DNA from: Camelus ferus
Lineage: Eukaryota
Length of the DNA stretch: 64,000 nucleotides
Direction of reading: 5' to 3'
Assembly (NCBI RefSeq): GCF_009834535.1
Contig: NC_045710.1
Coordinates: 12,710,001 to 12,774,000 of the forward strand
Position 1 is the stretch's first letter, and every line of letters starts with the position of its first letter. This document shows, piece after piece, positions 24,745-37,079 of this stretch. A model generated the notes under the pieces. It saw nothing but the letters and a program-made list of their open reading frames with translations. It was not told the DNA's origin and made no database searches. A program made the translations under genes and the position numbers.

Positions 24745-26779
24745 CCATTTGCAGCAACATGGATGTTCCTGAAGAATGTCATTCTAAGTGAAGTAAGCCA
24801 GAAAGAGAAAGAAAAATACCATATGAGATCACTCATATGAGGAATCTTAAAAAAAAAAAAAAAACAAACCAGAAATACAAAACAGAAACAGACTCATAGA
24901 CATAGAATACAAATTTGTGGTTGCCAAGAGGGTGGGGGGCAGGAAGGAACAGACTGGGATTTTAAAATGCAGAATAGATAAACAAGATTGTACTGTATAG
25001 CACAGGGAAATATATACAAGATCTTGTGGCAGCTCATAGCAAAAAAAAATGTGACAATGAATATATATATGTTCATGTATAACTGAAAAATTGTGCTCTA
25101 CACTAGAATTTGACACAACATTGTAAAATGACTCAATAAAAAATGTAAAATAAAAAAAAAGAAAAAGATGTAGAGATAGTGGGACATATACCCATAATGG
25201 TAAACTGTTATTACTAAGTGAAAATTGGTTACAGCAAACAGCCTTGGAAGGTAAAACAATCAGAAAGTGGCCACCTGAGGGCTGGGCATGGAAGAGTTTG
25301 GTGCAACTCAGCCTTCGTGGTTTGTCATGGGAGTTATCAGAGGCAGTAGGATTGTTGCAGGGATAGAGTTTGTTATTTTTAGTACCTTAATTATAAGTCC
25401 AGCTCTTCAGTTCACAGTCAGAAGCTGCTCTGTGTCTCTGTCCAGAATCCTGACTGTCACTTTTGGTGGCCTGGGCATTAGTGGTTTCACGGTTAAAAAT
25501 GACCCACAACTGGTCCAAATGAGGGAAGGGAGCGTGACCAACAAGGTTATGTCTTGGGTGAAAGTTTTGGGGATCAGTGGTGCATAGCTGTGTCTGAACT
25601 CAGAAATGGTAAGAATTACAAGTCCTCAAAGAACACACGGCCCACATCCTTCATTCCCAATTGTTACATAGAAGCATTAAAGTTCAGAAAGTTCAAGGTC
25701 AAAGTGAGTAAAGGAGAAAGCTCTTAGGAGTCCATTGAGTAAGGATGGCCTCACATCTCACCCAAGCAGAAGGAACCACTGCTATTTTCCCAAAGATTGA
25801 AGCTTAGGAGGGTTAACGTCACTGTTACGCCACTGAGAAATGGTTACTCAATAATTCAATTGAAAAACATTAATAATTTGATTGAAAATAAGTAGTTCAA
25901 AAGGAAAGTTAGTAGAAAATGAAAATCCTTACCACTAATTTTTCTCTTCTTGGAAATTTTTGTACATCATATGGGTAATTTCCCCAAATTTCGACTTTTT
26001 AACACAGTATTATATATATATATTTATGGAATTCTTGGTTTGAGGTGATAAGGTTGTCCTTTTCTCCCTTTTATTTTCTAAATTTTTTAGACATTTATTT
26101 GTACTCACCTCACTTAGCATTGTTTGCAATTTTTTTTAAATTTAGCTTCCCTCTCCAAATGAATCATCTAAAACAAATCTGTCAAAAATGAAAGTTTGCA
26201 ATCACTTCTCATTCTTTAAACCTGTGTACAATCAAGAATAAAGTGCCAATTCTGTCATAAATTTCTGGCAATTATATTTACTCCCTCAGTAATTTTGCCT
26301 TTCTCCTAAATTTAAATTAATTCCTATCAGTATTGCCTATTCTGTATCTTCAGCTGTTTTCCTACCTTGTCAATTGCACATTGCTTTTATGCTTTGGAAA
26401 CTCTGTGTAACTTCTCTGCAACATTATGTTGCAATCATTTAATGATGTACTGGTATTTTTTTTTCTAAAACTCAAGGCTATGGGGGAAAGCATGAAAAAC
26501 CTCAGTAAAGATTTAGGGAACAATCTCTGCCTGAGCTTTTAGATTTTGGCATTAAGGGCACAAACAAATGCAGAGGAGTGAGATGTGACTGGCAAGATGT
26601 CCTGCAAGTGAAGGGCAGGCCAACAGCTGGGTACCTACAGACGGCATCACTGCCAGCCTGGGCACAGAATCCCACCTCACACATTTGCAGCAGAGTCAGG
26701 AGTTGAAAATTCAGTATAAATCCTGATCTATACAAATCCATATAGTATATGTTTAATGTAATTTTAAAAATAAGCTTTT

Positions 26780-27071
26780 NNNNNNNNNNNNNNNNNNNNN
26801 NNNNNNNNNNNNNNNNNNNNNNNNNNNNNNNNNNNNNNNNNNNNNNNNNNNNNNNNNNNNNNNNNNNNNNNNNNNNNNNNNNNNNNNNNNNNNNNNNNNN
26901 NNNNNNNNNNNNNNNNNNNNNNNNNNNNNNNNNNNNNNNNNNNNNNNNNNNNNNNNNNNNNNNNNNNNNNNNNNNNNNNNNNNNNNNNNNNNNNNNNNNN
27001 NNNNNNNNNNNNNNNNNNNNNNNNNNNNNNNNNNNNNNNNNNNNNNNNNNNNNNNNNNNNNNNNNNNNNNN
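26780..27071. other. Assembly gap (292 N)
   Basis: Run of N. Confidence 0.99.
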
Positions 27072-27425
27072 GAGTGAAAGGATAAGTAGTTGTCAGTGGT
27101 TGGGGGAAAGGAGGGTTGAGCAGGTGGCGCACAGAGGATTTTCAAGCCAGTAAAACTACTCTGATACTATCGTGGTGGAGACCTGTTATTGTCCAATTGT
27201 CCAAACCCACAGAACGTGCAACACTAAGAGTGAACCTAATGTAAACTGTGCACTTTGGGCGACAGTAATGTGTCAGTGTAGATTTATCAGTTGTAATAAA
27301 AGCGCCACTGTGGCATGGGGTGCCAATAACAGAGGAGGCTGGGCACGGGGAGAGTCAGAAGTATGTGGGAAATCTCCCTACCTTCCCTTCAATCTGCTCT
27401 AGAAAAATAAAGCCTATTAAAAAAA
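27072..27425 (+). mobile_element. L1MC1/2-like 3' end (upstream part hidden in the gap at 26780-27071)
   Basis: CACAGAGGATTTTC..GTAAAACTACTCTG..CCAAACCCACAGAA..AAGAGTGAACCTAATGTAAACT..TGGGAAATCTC..AAAAATAAAG plus an A tail. Confidence 0.88.
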
Positions 27426-27449
27426 ATTTGGACATCTGTATTAATAACA

Positions 27450-27685
27450 AGAACAGCTAACCCCGAGTGTTTAATCCGTGCCAGACATCACTCTAAGTCC
27501 TTTATATGTGTCGATGTGTTTAATCCTCAGAAAAGCCCTGTAAGGTAAGCATAGCACGGCCTGCACGTCACCGATGAAGCAGCGAAGATGCTGAACAGCT
27601 TAGGGACGCACAGGGTCGCGTGGCTGCGGCTTTCACCTGTGGGCAGTCGGGCTCCAGACTTCAGTCTCTGCCACTGCGTCTAAGG
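27450..27685 (-). mobile_element. MIR SINE, unusually CpG-rich
   Basis: GTGCCAGACATCACTCTAAGTCCTTTATATG..TTTAATCCTCAGAAAAGCCCTGTAAGGTAAG..GGCTCCAGA. Confidence 0.75.
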
Positions 27686-30587
27686 CTCTATGCTGAACCC
27701 TCACAGCGGAATAGCAGTTGTGTTATCAAAGGGAAGGACGGAATCACTCCATGCTGGGTTGTGAGGAGTGTTTCCAAAAGACCTCCCAGTTGGAGCTGCA
27801 CTTTAACCTGTGCTAAGAGGCCCTGACCCCTCACCCCACATCAGCATGGCTCTGGCAGGAGGCCTGTGCAAGTGCGCTGCCCACGGGGCTCTGCCACACT
27901 GCCCGTGGTGAACTCGGGATGGGTGTGCGGGTCCTCACCCCTACAGAAGGCTCTGATTGAAGCTGTGCCGTGCACGGGAAGCTCACGGGGATTTCACAGC
28001 CACCTCTTCCGACTTGGGCAAAGGGCAGCGCTGTTTGTTTTCATGGGAACTGAGCTGGAGGAGCAGAAGGTGTTTCCAATGAAGGCCCACCTGTATCATG
28101 TTAAGGACACACAGGAACCATGGCTTTGAACTTCAGCACTGATGACTGTCTTTCATGCAAATAATGGAAAAGCAGCCTATGAGTATCGATGGGGTTCACA
28201 GTAGGCTGAGGATCCCTGCTCCCCACAGACATACCCTCCAGGTGGCTCAGGGCTGACCTGGCCATGCCGGGGGTCCATCACAGGAGGTGGCCCTATATCC
28301 CATATCAAGAGCCCTGTGACTGCCTCCCCCAAAGTAACCAGCACCATGGAGCCCAGCTTCCTTCTCTCCCAGAACATGCCTAGCCCAGACACTCTCTCCT
28401 GTGTGCCTGACACCCTCCTCCCCCTTCTCAGGAGGTTTTAACAGGAAGGAAGCCCTCATCCTGCTTTGCTTCCGCCCAGGGCAGCCTCAGAAATGTGGAG
28501 GTGATGTCTGAGGGATCCCTGAGGAATAGTTGTCCAGGATCAGACGGAACTCAAAGCCACCTGGCCGGGAGCACAAGGATCTGGAGGCAGAAGCTTCTCT
28601 GTGCTCCCCCAGTCCCCCCTCTCTCCTCCCCCAATGATGTGGCCCATTGTTCTACTCTCCTGAATCATATAGTAGGCTCCAAAGTCTACCTAAAACAAGC
28701 ACACAAACCAAACAAATTTACATCACCTTAGGGCTGAGTCCTTTCCCAAGTAATTGCCAAACAGGGCAACTGATAACTCTGCTGCCACTATGGTGATACT
28801 GATGGCTTCAACCTCATGTCTTCCTCTCCTACAGGCATCTCTGGTTTAAAAAGAAGATTGAGGCAGGCAACGTTTAATCCAGCAGATGGCTTTCCTAACA
28901 GTGGGATTTCTGGCACTGTGACCTAGACTGGTGTTTGACGTCATAGCCATCTGTCCCTTCTAGCCCCCTGGACTCCCAGTGGGTGGACTTCATCACCCAT
29001 ATCTGTCTGTCCACTCAAACTGCAGTGCAGGCTAGCTGCCCTGAGGTCATAGGCTCGGTTCCTGCAAGTTGAAGGGGTCCTGCACCAAATCAGGGCCACG
29101 AGAGCTGCCTATTCCCTGTGCCACTTCTGTGAAAGCTGGCAAGTCACAGTAAGCAGAGAAAGCTTGAGTCCAAGGTCCTTCCAGTGACAGCTTTGCTCCC
29201 TTGAAGAACGAAAAGCCTAAGCATCAGGGGGGTCTGAACTGAAGTAAAACCGTGATAGTGATGAAGACATCTGCCTCCCAAGTTCCTGGTGAAGATCCAG
29301 GGAAGGACTGGACAAGGTTTTGTGAACTATAAATACTGCACAAATGCAGGCAGTTTTATTGTTAGAAGCTAGGGTGTTAAAATGTATTTAAAAGTCCATT
29401 GGGGATGTAGTTTCATATGTAAATGTTCATTCACAATTTTATTTTAATTCCTCTGGTCAGCAGCACCCCACTTAAATTAATGCCTCCATGACCAGCATTG
29501 TGTTCTGTGCACAGGAAAAGCATAAGCACTGGGAGAGACAGCCGTGCCCTCTGCACATTTATTGTCTGGTTGGAAGGCCAGGTCACACATGCTAAGTAAC
29601 TATACAAGCAATGCATCCTCCTTGTTACTGGCACCTCACTTGCAAACACAGACTTGTAAGCAACTCAAACTCAACAGCCGTTGCCCATCCGACCTCTTTC
29701 ACCTTCACAGTTGTCCAAGATCCCTTGGGCAGGACCCCATCATTGTCCCACCCCCTGCAGCAGAGCCCCACTAATTCTGCCCCCACTTCGCCTGCCCCTG
29801 TGCCAGATCTCCTTCCAACAGAGCAGGGGGCAGACATGTGGGATTTGAATCATCCCGAGGTGAGACTCGGAACATGTTCTTCCAGAGATGATGCAGTGAG
29901 CCCAGTGGTATTCACAGGGTCTACTCCCTCCAGGCTGCTCAAGATGCCCCTGTCTGTTCTTCATTACCCCCCCCCCCAAAAAAAGTGGGAAAAACAAATG
30001 AAGAGATGAACCGTGGGCTACATGTGTTTGGGGAGGCTAGCCTGAGAACTAAACCCCGTATCACAGGCTACCCTGAGAACTATTGTTAAACCAGAAGAAG
30101 AAAGAAAGGAGGGTTAAAATAATGACCCTAAAAAGTGAAAATATGTATGCGCATATGTGTTTGTACATAAATACACAAGCATATGTGGAAATGGGAAAAA
30201 AAAAACATTCTAGATTATTAACATCGGTTGGTGTGGGTCAAAGGGTGAAGGGCAGAGAGAATAAAGAAAAAGAGAGAGCCAAAGATAAAAAGGGAGAATT
30301 AAAAGAAAAAAACTAGTATTTAGAATAGAACCACATCTAAGTAAAACTAGAAAAGTGGAATGAGAATTCCCTAGAACAAGCCAAATAAGACATCAGGTCT
30401 AACCCAAGTGAGGAGATGAGCCGAATGTTCCCAAACACACAAGCAGAGAAATGAGGCCTGAGGCCAGGAACCCAAAAGGCACCCTCACGGCAGCGATGCC
30501 CGGGCCTGGGTGCTCCCTAAGCCGTCCGGGGCCCCCACAGACCAGGCTTCCCACTAGCATGTCCAACTCCAGCCGAGGACGGGTCCA

Positions 30588-30727
30588 NNNNNNNNNNNNN
30601 NNNNNNNNNNNNNNNNNNNNNNNNNNNNNNNNNNNNNNNNNNNNNNNNNNNNNNNNNNNNNNNNNNNNNNNNNNNNNNNNNNNNNNNNNNNNNNNNNNNN
30701 NNNNNNNNNNNNNNNNNNNNNNNNNNN
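30588..30727. other. Assembly gap (140 N)
   Basis: Run of N. Confidence 0.99.
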
Positions 30728-31161
30728 CTGCTTCTATTAGAAGGACAAATAATTTAACAGGTGGAACTCAGAATTCCACAGTTCCTTTTTTTCCCTTTTT
30801 CTTCTTTTACTGTGGAATACTAAACATTCCACTTTTGGTCAACAGAATCTGGAACCCTTCTTAGCAGACCTCAGTGAGTTCTATTTATTTTGCAAAAGCC
30901 CTCCTAATGCTCACACGAGCAGTGAGTTGGAAAGGCCTGCGGAGTCCAATCAGACTGCGCTTTTGCCTGTTATCAGTACAATATGTTGCTTCAACTGAGG
31001 GACCAAATTCTCTGACTAAGTCCTCCAAGAATTGATCCAGACAGCGAAAAGGGAGGAAATTCATTCGACTTTAACAAGGCAATTGGTCCAGACTTCATAC
31101 AATATCATTTCAGTCTAGAATTTTCATCATCACTGCCAAAAACATCAAACAGAAACATTAC

Positions 31162-31213
31162 AGGACTTTCACTCCATTTTCATTCTCCAAAAAATAGCCA
31201 TCCTGTTCCAGGC
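31162..31213 (-). CDS. Candidate 52-nt exon (LEQDGYFLENENGVKV)
   Basis: Strong acceptor TTTAATTCCTTTCTTGCTGCTCAG, donor CCT|GTAATG, phase 1 to 2. Confidence 0.25.
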
Positions 31214-31549
31214 CTGAGCAGCAAGAAAGGAATTAAAGGGAGAGGGGGTGGGGGATTGTCACATGAAACACTTAACTGTTTCTCACTGCCTGATTTCTAA
31301 GCTTCATGACAATTATTAATAAAAAGTCAATGAAGTTTTGAAATTAAGGACAATTGGAAGTTTCCCCATGTGTCAAATACTCTACTCCTCAAAGACTCTC
31401 CAACCATATTCATCAGGTCATCACACTCACCTTTCCTCTTTTATTTATCTGTCCTGTGTAATCATCTAGTAGGTTACACGGGGAATTGCAGTGTTTATGC
31501 TAGAAATTTATTGCAAAGTATCTCAATGATCTATGTGAATTAGAGTGCA

Positions 31550-31890
31550 TTTGTAGGGTAACTCTGCTACTGTGAACAAGCCCCCAAATATATAATGTGC
31601 CAAACACAATAAATAAATAACTTTCTCACATAAAATCCAAAATAGGTGGCACAGATTGGTGGCAGGCCTTCCACATGAGATCCAGGGACTCATGATCTTT
31701 GCTCATATGCTCAGTTCTCTACTAGGACCATGGAAACTGTGTTGAGCCAGGAGACACAGGGTCAGAGAGCAGAAAAGCCAAATCCACTTCTTAAAAACCT
31801 AAGCCCAGAACGACACATGTGACTCCCACTCACTGCAAAGGCAGTCAGAATATTGTCTAGCAGTGTGTTCAGAGGAAAAGGAAACACCTC
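31550..31890 (-). mobile_element. Old MLT1 (MaLR) LTR, K/L-like
   Basis: Resembles the reverse complement of an old MLT1 end (..GCTACTGTGAACAAGCCCCCAAAT..) plus ATCCAGGGACTC and CACATGTGACTCCCACTCA segments; highly diverged. Confidence 0.6.
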
Positions 31891-32704
31891 TAATAAAAAG
31901 CTAGCCACTGTCAGCTACAGACAGCCAACTGGAAAAATCCATACTTTTAATAATCCCTATTTTATTGTACTATATTTGTATTTGTATTATATTGTATCAT
32001 ATATATATTGTATTAGGGTGTGTGTGTCCCAGATAACTGGACTACAATGACCCAGCGGATTTCAGCACCTGACACTTGCCACAGATAAACATTCAGGGGA
32101 TTCTGAAATGGTTCCCGACTGTAAAACTGAAGTCCAAAGTGATTCAGACACACTTCTAATGATCCAAACTCAAAGGTAGACAGTTTGTCTAAGCAAGAAT
32201 TTGGGGAGCAATACAAAACTCTGCCAAGCACTCTGCCTTCCCCGCCAACACTGGCCAGACAGGATGCTCATGGCCTCCCAGAGGCTTTGCCTGGATGGGT
32301 ACAATACCTACCATGTTCTAGCTTGTCACAGGCCACAAATATATCATTATATCAAGTATATCAATAATTCTCCTTTGATCTTCAAAAAAAGCTTTTACAA
32401 TAATCAGAGCAGAGGTTACTGTCTTTTCTGATTCTCAAGATGGAAACTGAAAGCCAAGTGACCTAAAGGGAAGTAGAGTTGGGACTTAACTCAAAACTCA
32501 AAAGCCAACCACATCAGCACCCACGAGCTCCCTGGAAAGACTATGACTCCAGTCATTTTCCCCAGCTACGCTGGCTTCTTTTTTCCACACTGATCACTTT
32601 CGTTAGATCATTCCCAGTGCTTTTATTTAACAAAGGAAAAATCTACCACATATTGTTCCTTGAGCATGATGGACTCTTACCCCCAAAAAACTCATAAACC
32701 CTAA

Positions 32705-32872
32705 CACTTTGTTGGTCAAAGTATGGTGTGTGGTCCAGCAGCATTGGAAGCCCCAGGGAGCTTGGGGCAGATTCTCAGGCCCGTTCCCTGACGCTCTGAA
32801 GCAGATTCTCTGTTTAAACCAGATCCCCACGTGATGGTCCGGCACACTAAGCTCTGAGCAGCACTGCTCTAG
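32705..32872 (+). mobile_element. MER5-type hAT-Charlie MITE
   Basis: GTCAAAGTATGGTGTGTGGTCCAGCAGCATTGG..CAGATTCTCAGGCCC..CACACTAAGCTCTGAGCAGCACTG. Confidence 0.75.
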
Positions 32873-33196
32873 GACAGCCTTTCACTTACTAACTTGGGTG
32901 CATAGTGGGAGGAAAAAGACCTAATATGAAAAGACTTCCTATAAATCAGTAAGAAAAAGAAAAACAGGTAGAAAATAGACAAAATATAAGTTAATTCACA
33001 GATGAAAAGCAAATGAACAACAAACAAAAATACAATGCTCCTCTTCTCCAGCAATTTGGGAAATGCAAATTAAGACAACATGCCATCATTTTTCACCTAT
33101 CAGATTGGCAGAACTTGTAAAGTCTGATAACCTTCAAACTGAAAATGCTTTGGAAAAAGGGCATGTTCTTATACTATGCGAGCTTAAACTGTTATA

Positions 33197-33564
33197 CAGG
33201 CAGACCTTGTTTTATTGCACTTTGCTTTATACACTTTGCAAATACTGCATTTTTTTATAAATTGAAGGTTTGTGGCAACCCTGCGTCGTTGAGCAAGTCT
33301 TTAGGTGCCATTTTTTCAAACAGCATTTGCTCACTTCAGGTATGTCTCTGTGTCACGTTTGGTAAATCTTGCAATATTTCAAACTTTTTCATTTTTATAT
33401 TTGTTATGGTGATCTGGGATCAGTGATCTTCGATGTTATTATTGCAAAAAGATTATGCTTCACTGAAGATTCAGATGATGGTTAGCATTTTTAAGCAATA
33501 AAGCATTTTTTAAGGAAGGTATGGATGTTGTTTATAGTGTAAACATAACTTATGTGTACTGGGA
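33197..33564 (+). mobile_element. Internally deleted Tigger1 (TcMar) derivative, Tigger1a-type; 3' end lies in the N-gap
   Basis: TA (33195-33196) then CAGGCAGACCTTGTTTTATTGCAC...AAATTGAAGGTTTGTGGCAACCCTGCGTC (Tigger1 left end), joined near 33440 to AAAAAGATTATG..TCAGATGATGGTTAGCATTTTT...AGTGTAAACATAACT (right-end region). Confidence 0.88.
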
Positions 33565-33702
33565 NNNNNNNNNNNNNNNNNNNNNNNNNNNNNNNNNNNN
33601 NNNNNNNNNNNNNNNNNNNNNNNNNNNNNNNNNNNNNNNNNNNNNNNNNNNNNNNNNNNNNNNNNNNNNNNNNNNNNNNNNNNNNNNNNNNNNNNNNNNN
33701 NN
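33565..33702. other. Assembly gap (138 N)
   Basis: Run of N. Confidence 0.99.
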
Positions 33703-34449
33703 TGACCAAAAAATTCCAGTCTATAGAATCCAGTCTATAGAAATACATGTTAAAGTGCATCAAAGACAAGTGTAAAAAGATCTTCATTACTCCGTTTGAG
33801 TTGTGAAATATGAAGGGAATATATCTATCCATCTATAAGGAAATAGTTCAATAAATTAAAGGTATCCATACCAGGGAACTATGCAATAATTTAAAAAGAG
33901 GTCAGTGTCATGGAAAACAAAATACTCATGACACATTGTGAATGCCTGAACAAGTCTCAGAATAGTAAGTACTGTGTGATCTCAGGCCAGTGTTTTACAG
34001 CTATATAGGACTGAGGTGTATATATTTGTTAAAACTCATGAAACACTGAACTTAAAATTGGTACATTTTATTGTATAGAAGTTATCCCTCAACAAAATTC
34101 ATTAAAAGGACCATATATGTATAGATAGTGGATGTTACGCATGTATTTTCAGTCCAACAAAATGGTCGGTAAGATACACTTTCTGTAGTGTTAGTATTTT
34201 TTCAACCAGCGTGTACATTCTTGTATTTTAGAAAATACAAGATAAAAACCTAAGTGAAACAAATGGAGTCATTTGCAGTGAGCCTGAATCAAAGTGGAAA
34301 CAAAAATCCAGCCTGTCCTCATTAGCTGCTTCCACTGGCTGCGTTTAGTCGTTTGATACCTGGTGGGAGCGGCGGGGTTTGAAAGAGTTTTCAACATCAC
34401 ACACACTATTGCCAGACCTAGTCTGTATAAACACCGGTTTATTCCTTCA

Positions 34450-34900
34450 TACGTGACTATTGAGCATACTCAAACACCAAGCCCTAAGCTAAATATTTTA
34501 TAAGAGTTTGATACAAAAAAGAAGACACAGTTCCAGCCTCCAGTCCTATCAGAAAAAGCTTAAAGCATCCCATACCAGATAGTGTAACACGTCTAAGGTT
34601 GTTAACTGCTCTTGCTGCTTCACCCAATGAACACTATTTATCATTATTTTCCTTTATTTCCTGTCTGCTCTGGTCAGAGTAGTCTTTGTGCTGCCCTGCA
34701 AACATCCCAGCCTTTGCTTCCGCTGCCCCTCTCACCTGGAATCCCTGACTGCCCCGATAGTGTATGCTCTCACCCACCCAACAAGATCCATCTCCATCTT
34801 GTCCAAGAAACTCTTGTAAGCTGAGAAACCCTCAGTCACATCCCCTCCCCACATCCTGCCATGTTTGTTGGATAATCTTGTCCCTGCACAGAGAAAGGTG
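34450..34900. mobile_element. L2 fragments (apparently both orientations)
   Basis: TTGAGCATACTCAAACACCAAGCCCT..AAGACACAGTTCCAGCCTCCAG, then CAGCCTTTGCTTCCGCTGCCCCTCTCACCTGGAAT. Confidence 0.5.
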
Positions 34901-35059
34901 ACCATGTCACCCTCTTTCCCACCCTTTCTATTGTCTTATACAATGTCAAGTACATAGGAATAATTAACTGACAACTATCAACGACTTGTCACTTTATACT
35001 TTTTTAAATGTTGGACAAAGGAGAGGAAATTAATAGGAAATAAGTGCTTTTCCAAAAGC

Positions 35060-35200
35060 CTAATGAGGTAGGAATTTCCCCATTTTATAGATGGATAAAC
35101 TGAAGCTTAGTGAGGTGGGGTGATTTGGTCAGGCTTATACAGCTCATAAACTATCGGGCCAGTCTTCAAACCTCCTTCTGAATGTCTCAGAAGCCCCTGT
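35060..35200 (-). mobile_element. MIR SINE fragment
   Basis: ATGAGGTAGGAATTTCCCCATTTTATAGATGGATAAACTGAAGCTTAG. Confidence 0.8.
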
Positions 35201-35719
35201 CTTTGCTCTGCACCAGGCTGCCCTCCTAACTTGTCACTTGGGTGATCTCATCGAATTCTCACATTGCTGTCTCAGGAAATCCTTCTTGATTGACTAATGA
35301 CATGCTCAGTAGCACTGTGGTCCTGTTCAAGGGTTTCCCGCAGCTGAATCTGATGAGAAGCCCTGGCTGTGCTCAGAGAGGTTTAGCCTGCTTCAAACTC
35401 TGGACTTTCCACAGTATCATCAGTTTTGGTCTCAAGACCTGTGTAACACACAACATGAAGTTTTATGTATTTACAGAGGTTAAAAGTAACATCTGAGATG
35501 ACAGAGTTCAAACTCAAGCCCTGGCTTCTGCAGCCAGAGTTCAGTGCTGGGGAGCCCCCATCACTCTGCTTCCCAAAGTCCTCCCTGGGGTCTCTTGGCC
35601 ATGTGTGGGTTGAGCTGTCTTGGACAAGCTGCTTTGACTTTGCCTCCTGAGACTTGGACTCTTGGCACGCCAACACTGAACGCTTGGCGTCCCCAGGAGC
35701 CCGGGCACAGGGATGGCGC

Positions 35720-35880
35720 ACGGCCAGAACCAGGCACTCCAGAGTTAACAGATCTCCATTAACCTGGGGAAAATACTCAACATTTCTGAGCCTGTTCATT
35801 CAGATATACTATGGGAATTATAGTACCTTTCCTGCCTATCCTTCAGGAGATTAAGAAAATCAGAGAGATCCTGTTTATGA
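35720..35880 (+). mobile_element. MIR SINE fragment
   Basis: CCTGGGGAAAATACTCAACATTTCTGAGCCTGTT..GGGAATTATAGTACCT. Confidence 0.7.
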
Positions 35881-37079
35881 AAAAACGCTACATGCCACAA
35901 ATCCCTGCCTGCACTATGTTACCATACGCAGCTGCCATGGTCAAAGCACCGAGAAAAAGTCAGAAGACCTGGGGTCCATTCCTGGCTGAGTTGTAATAGC
36001 CCAGAGGCTCTGGACTCACCAAAACTGTGGGTCAGAAAGCGAGATTTCCAAGTCTGCTTTATTTGGAAATAGCATACACTTACTTGCAGAATGCTCTGGA
36101 GGAGAAACTTAACAAGCTGGGACCTACACGGATAAGCCACGCTGTCTCGGATTAACTTCAGCAGCAACATCCTGGGATTATGGGACTCCAGACAGAACAC
36201 TGACCTTTGGTGACTCACTCACTCTTGGTGCCCAAAGCATCTTTTTTGCATCACTTTTTATTATTTTCAATTCTCTTGTTATTTTTAACCATTCTAGCTT
36301 AAGTGCATTTTAATCCTATAAGCCACCTCAAATCCATTTTTGAATCATGTCATCTATAAAACGTCAATTAACAAACAACTTGTTTTGATCGTAGCAAGTC
36401 ATAGAATTTCAAAACTGGAAAAGAACTCAGAAATCAAATTCAGCCTCATAGGTGCCATAACAAGACAGAGACCCAGAAAGAGAAAGGGACATGTCCAAAG
36501 TCACATATCTCGTTGAAGGCAGGGTCAGGAAGGGACCAGGGGCTCACAGTCCACTGCTGTCCACATCATTGTATAATAGCGGCCTGGCTCGCTCTCTCCA
36601 GCTGTAAAATGGAAATGGTAACACTGTGGTCTTGCAACATTATACATCAATGCTGTGTAAGAAAAACCTTTGCTGTAATTATTACTGGTGGTTTATCAAA
36701 ACTTTAATGATAACAAAACAATGTTCTCCCTGAAAACTCATGAAAGATTCCTGGGAACCTAAGAACATGGAGTAACCTTGACTTGGGCCACTGAACCAGA
36801 ACATTTAGAACTGGGCTGCTCAGACATGCAGTTTGTATGCTGCATAAAGCTTCCCAGTTCAGGGGCCAGAGAAAGCCTGTACAGACCAGCTGTAAACCGG
36901 CTTGGAAGCCTTTTAGGTGTAGACTGCGGTGGCGTAGAGAATACTCAGACACAGATAACTCAAAAACTTACTCCTGTTGTTTTTTGAAGCAGACTTGAGG
37001 CTCTGCACTGGAGGGGCCTCAGGAAACAACATTACGTCCCACTGACGTAGCAGTGGTAATGCTGAGAAAGGGGTGCTCC

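Larger units (their letters stand above)
22102..25165 (+). mobile_element. Young LINE-1 copy with intact 5' and 3' ends but lacking nearly all of ORF2 (ORF1-only / half-L1-like)
   Basis: L1-type 5' start with a YY1-like AAGATGGTGG (22108-22117); GC/CpG-rich 5'UTR to 23436; ORF1; short spacer; ORF2 C-terminal remnant from 24481; 3'UTR ending in AATAAA and an A-rich tail; flanked by AGATGTAGATATAG (22088-22101) and AGATGTAGAGATAG (25166-25179), a 14-bp duplication with one mismatch. Confidence 0.95.
32900..34250 (+). mobile_element. Ancient L1M (L1ME-like) 3' ORF2/3'UTR fragment, split by the Tigger1 derivative
   Basis: GGAAATGCAAATTAAGACAACATG..CATTTTTCACCTATCAGATTGGCA before the Tigger; TGACC..AATTCCAGTCTA..GAAATACATG and ACTTAAAATTGGTACATTTTATTGTAT after the gap. 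Confidence 0.75.

Noticed and set aside
36077-36090. Possible minus-strand micro-exons here and near 1351-1365 (pyrimidine tract, AG, 12-15 nt, GTAAGT)
   Set aside because: Splice-site motifs alone cannot support a micro-exon, and the 15-nt one gives a stop in the phase the gene model needs.
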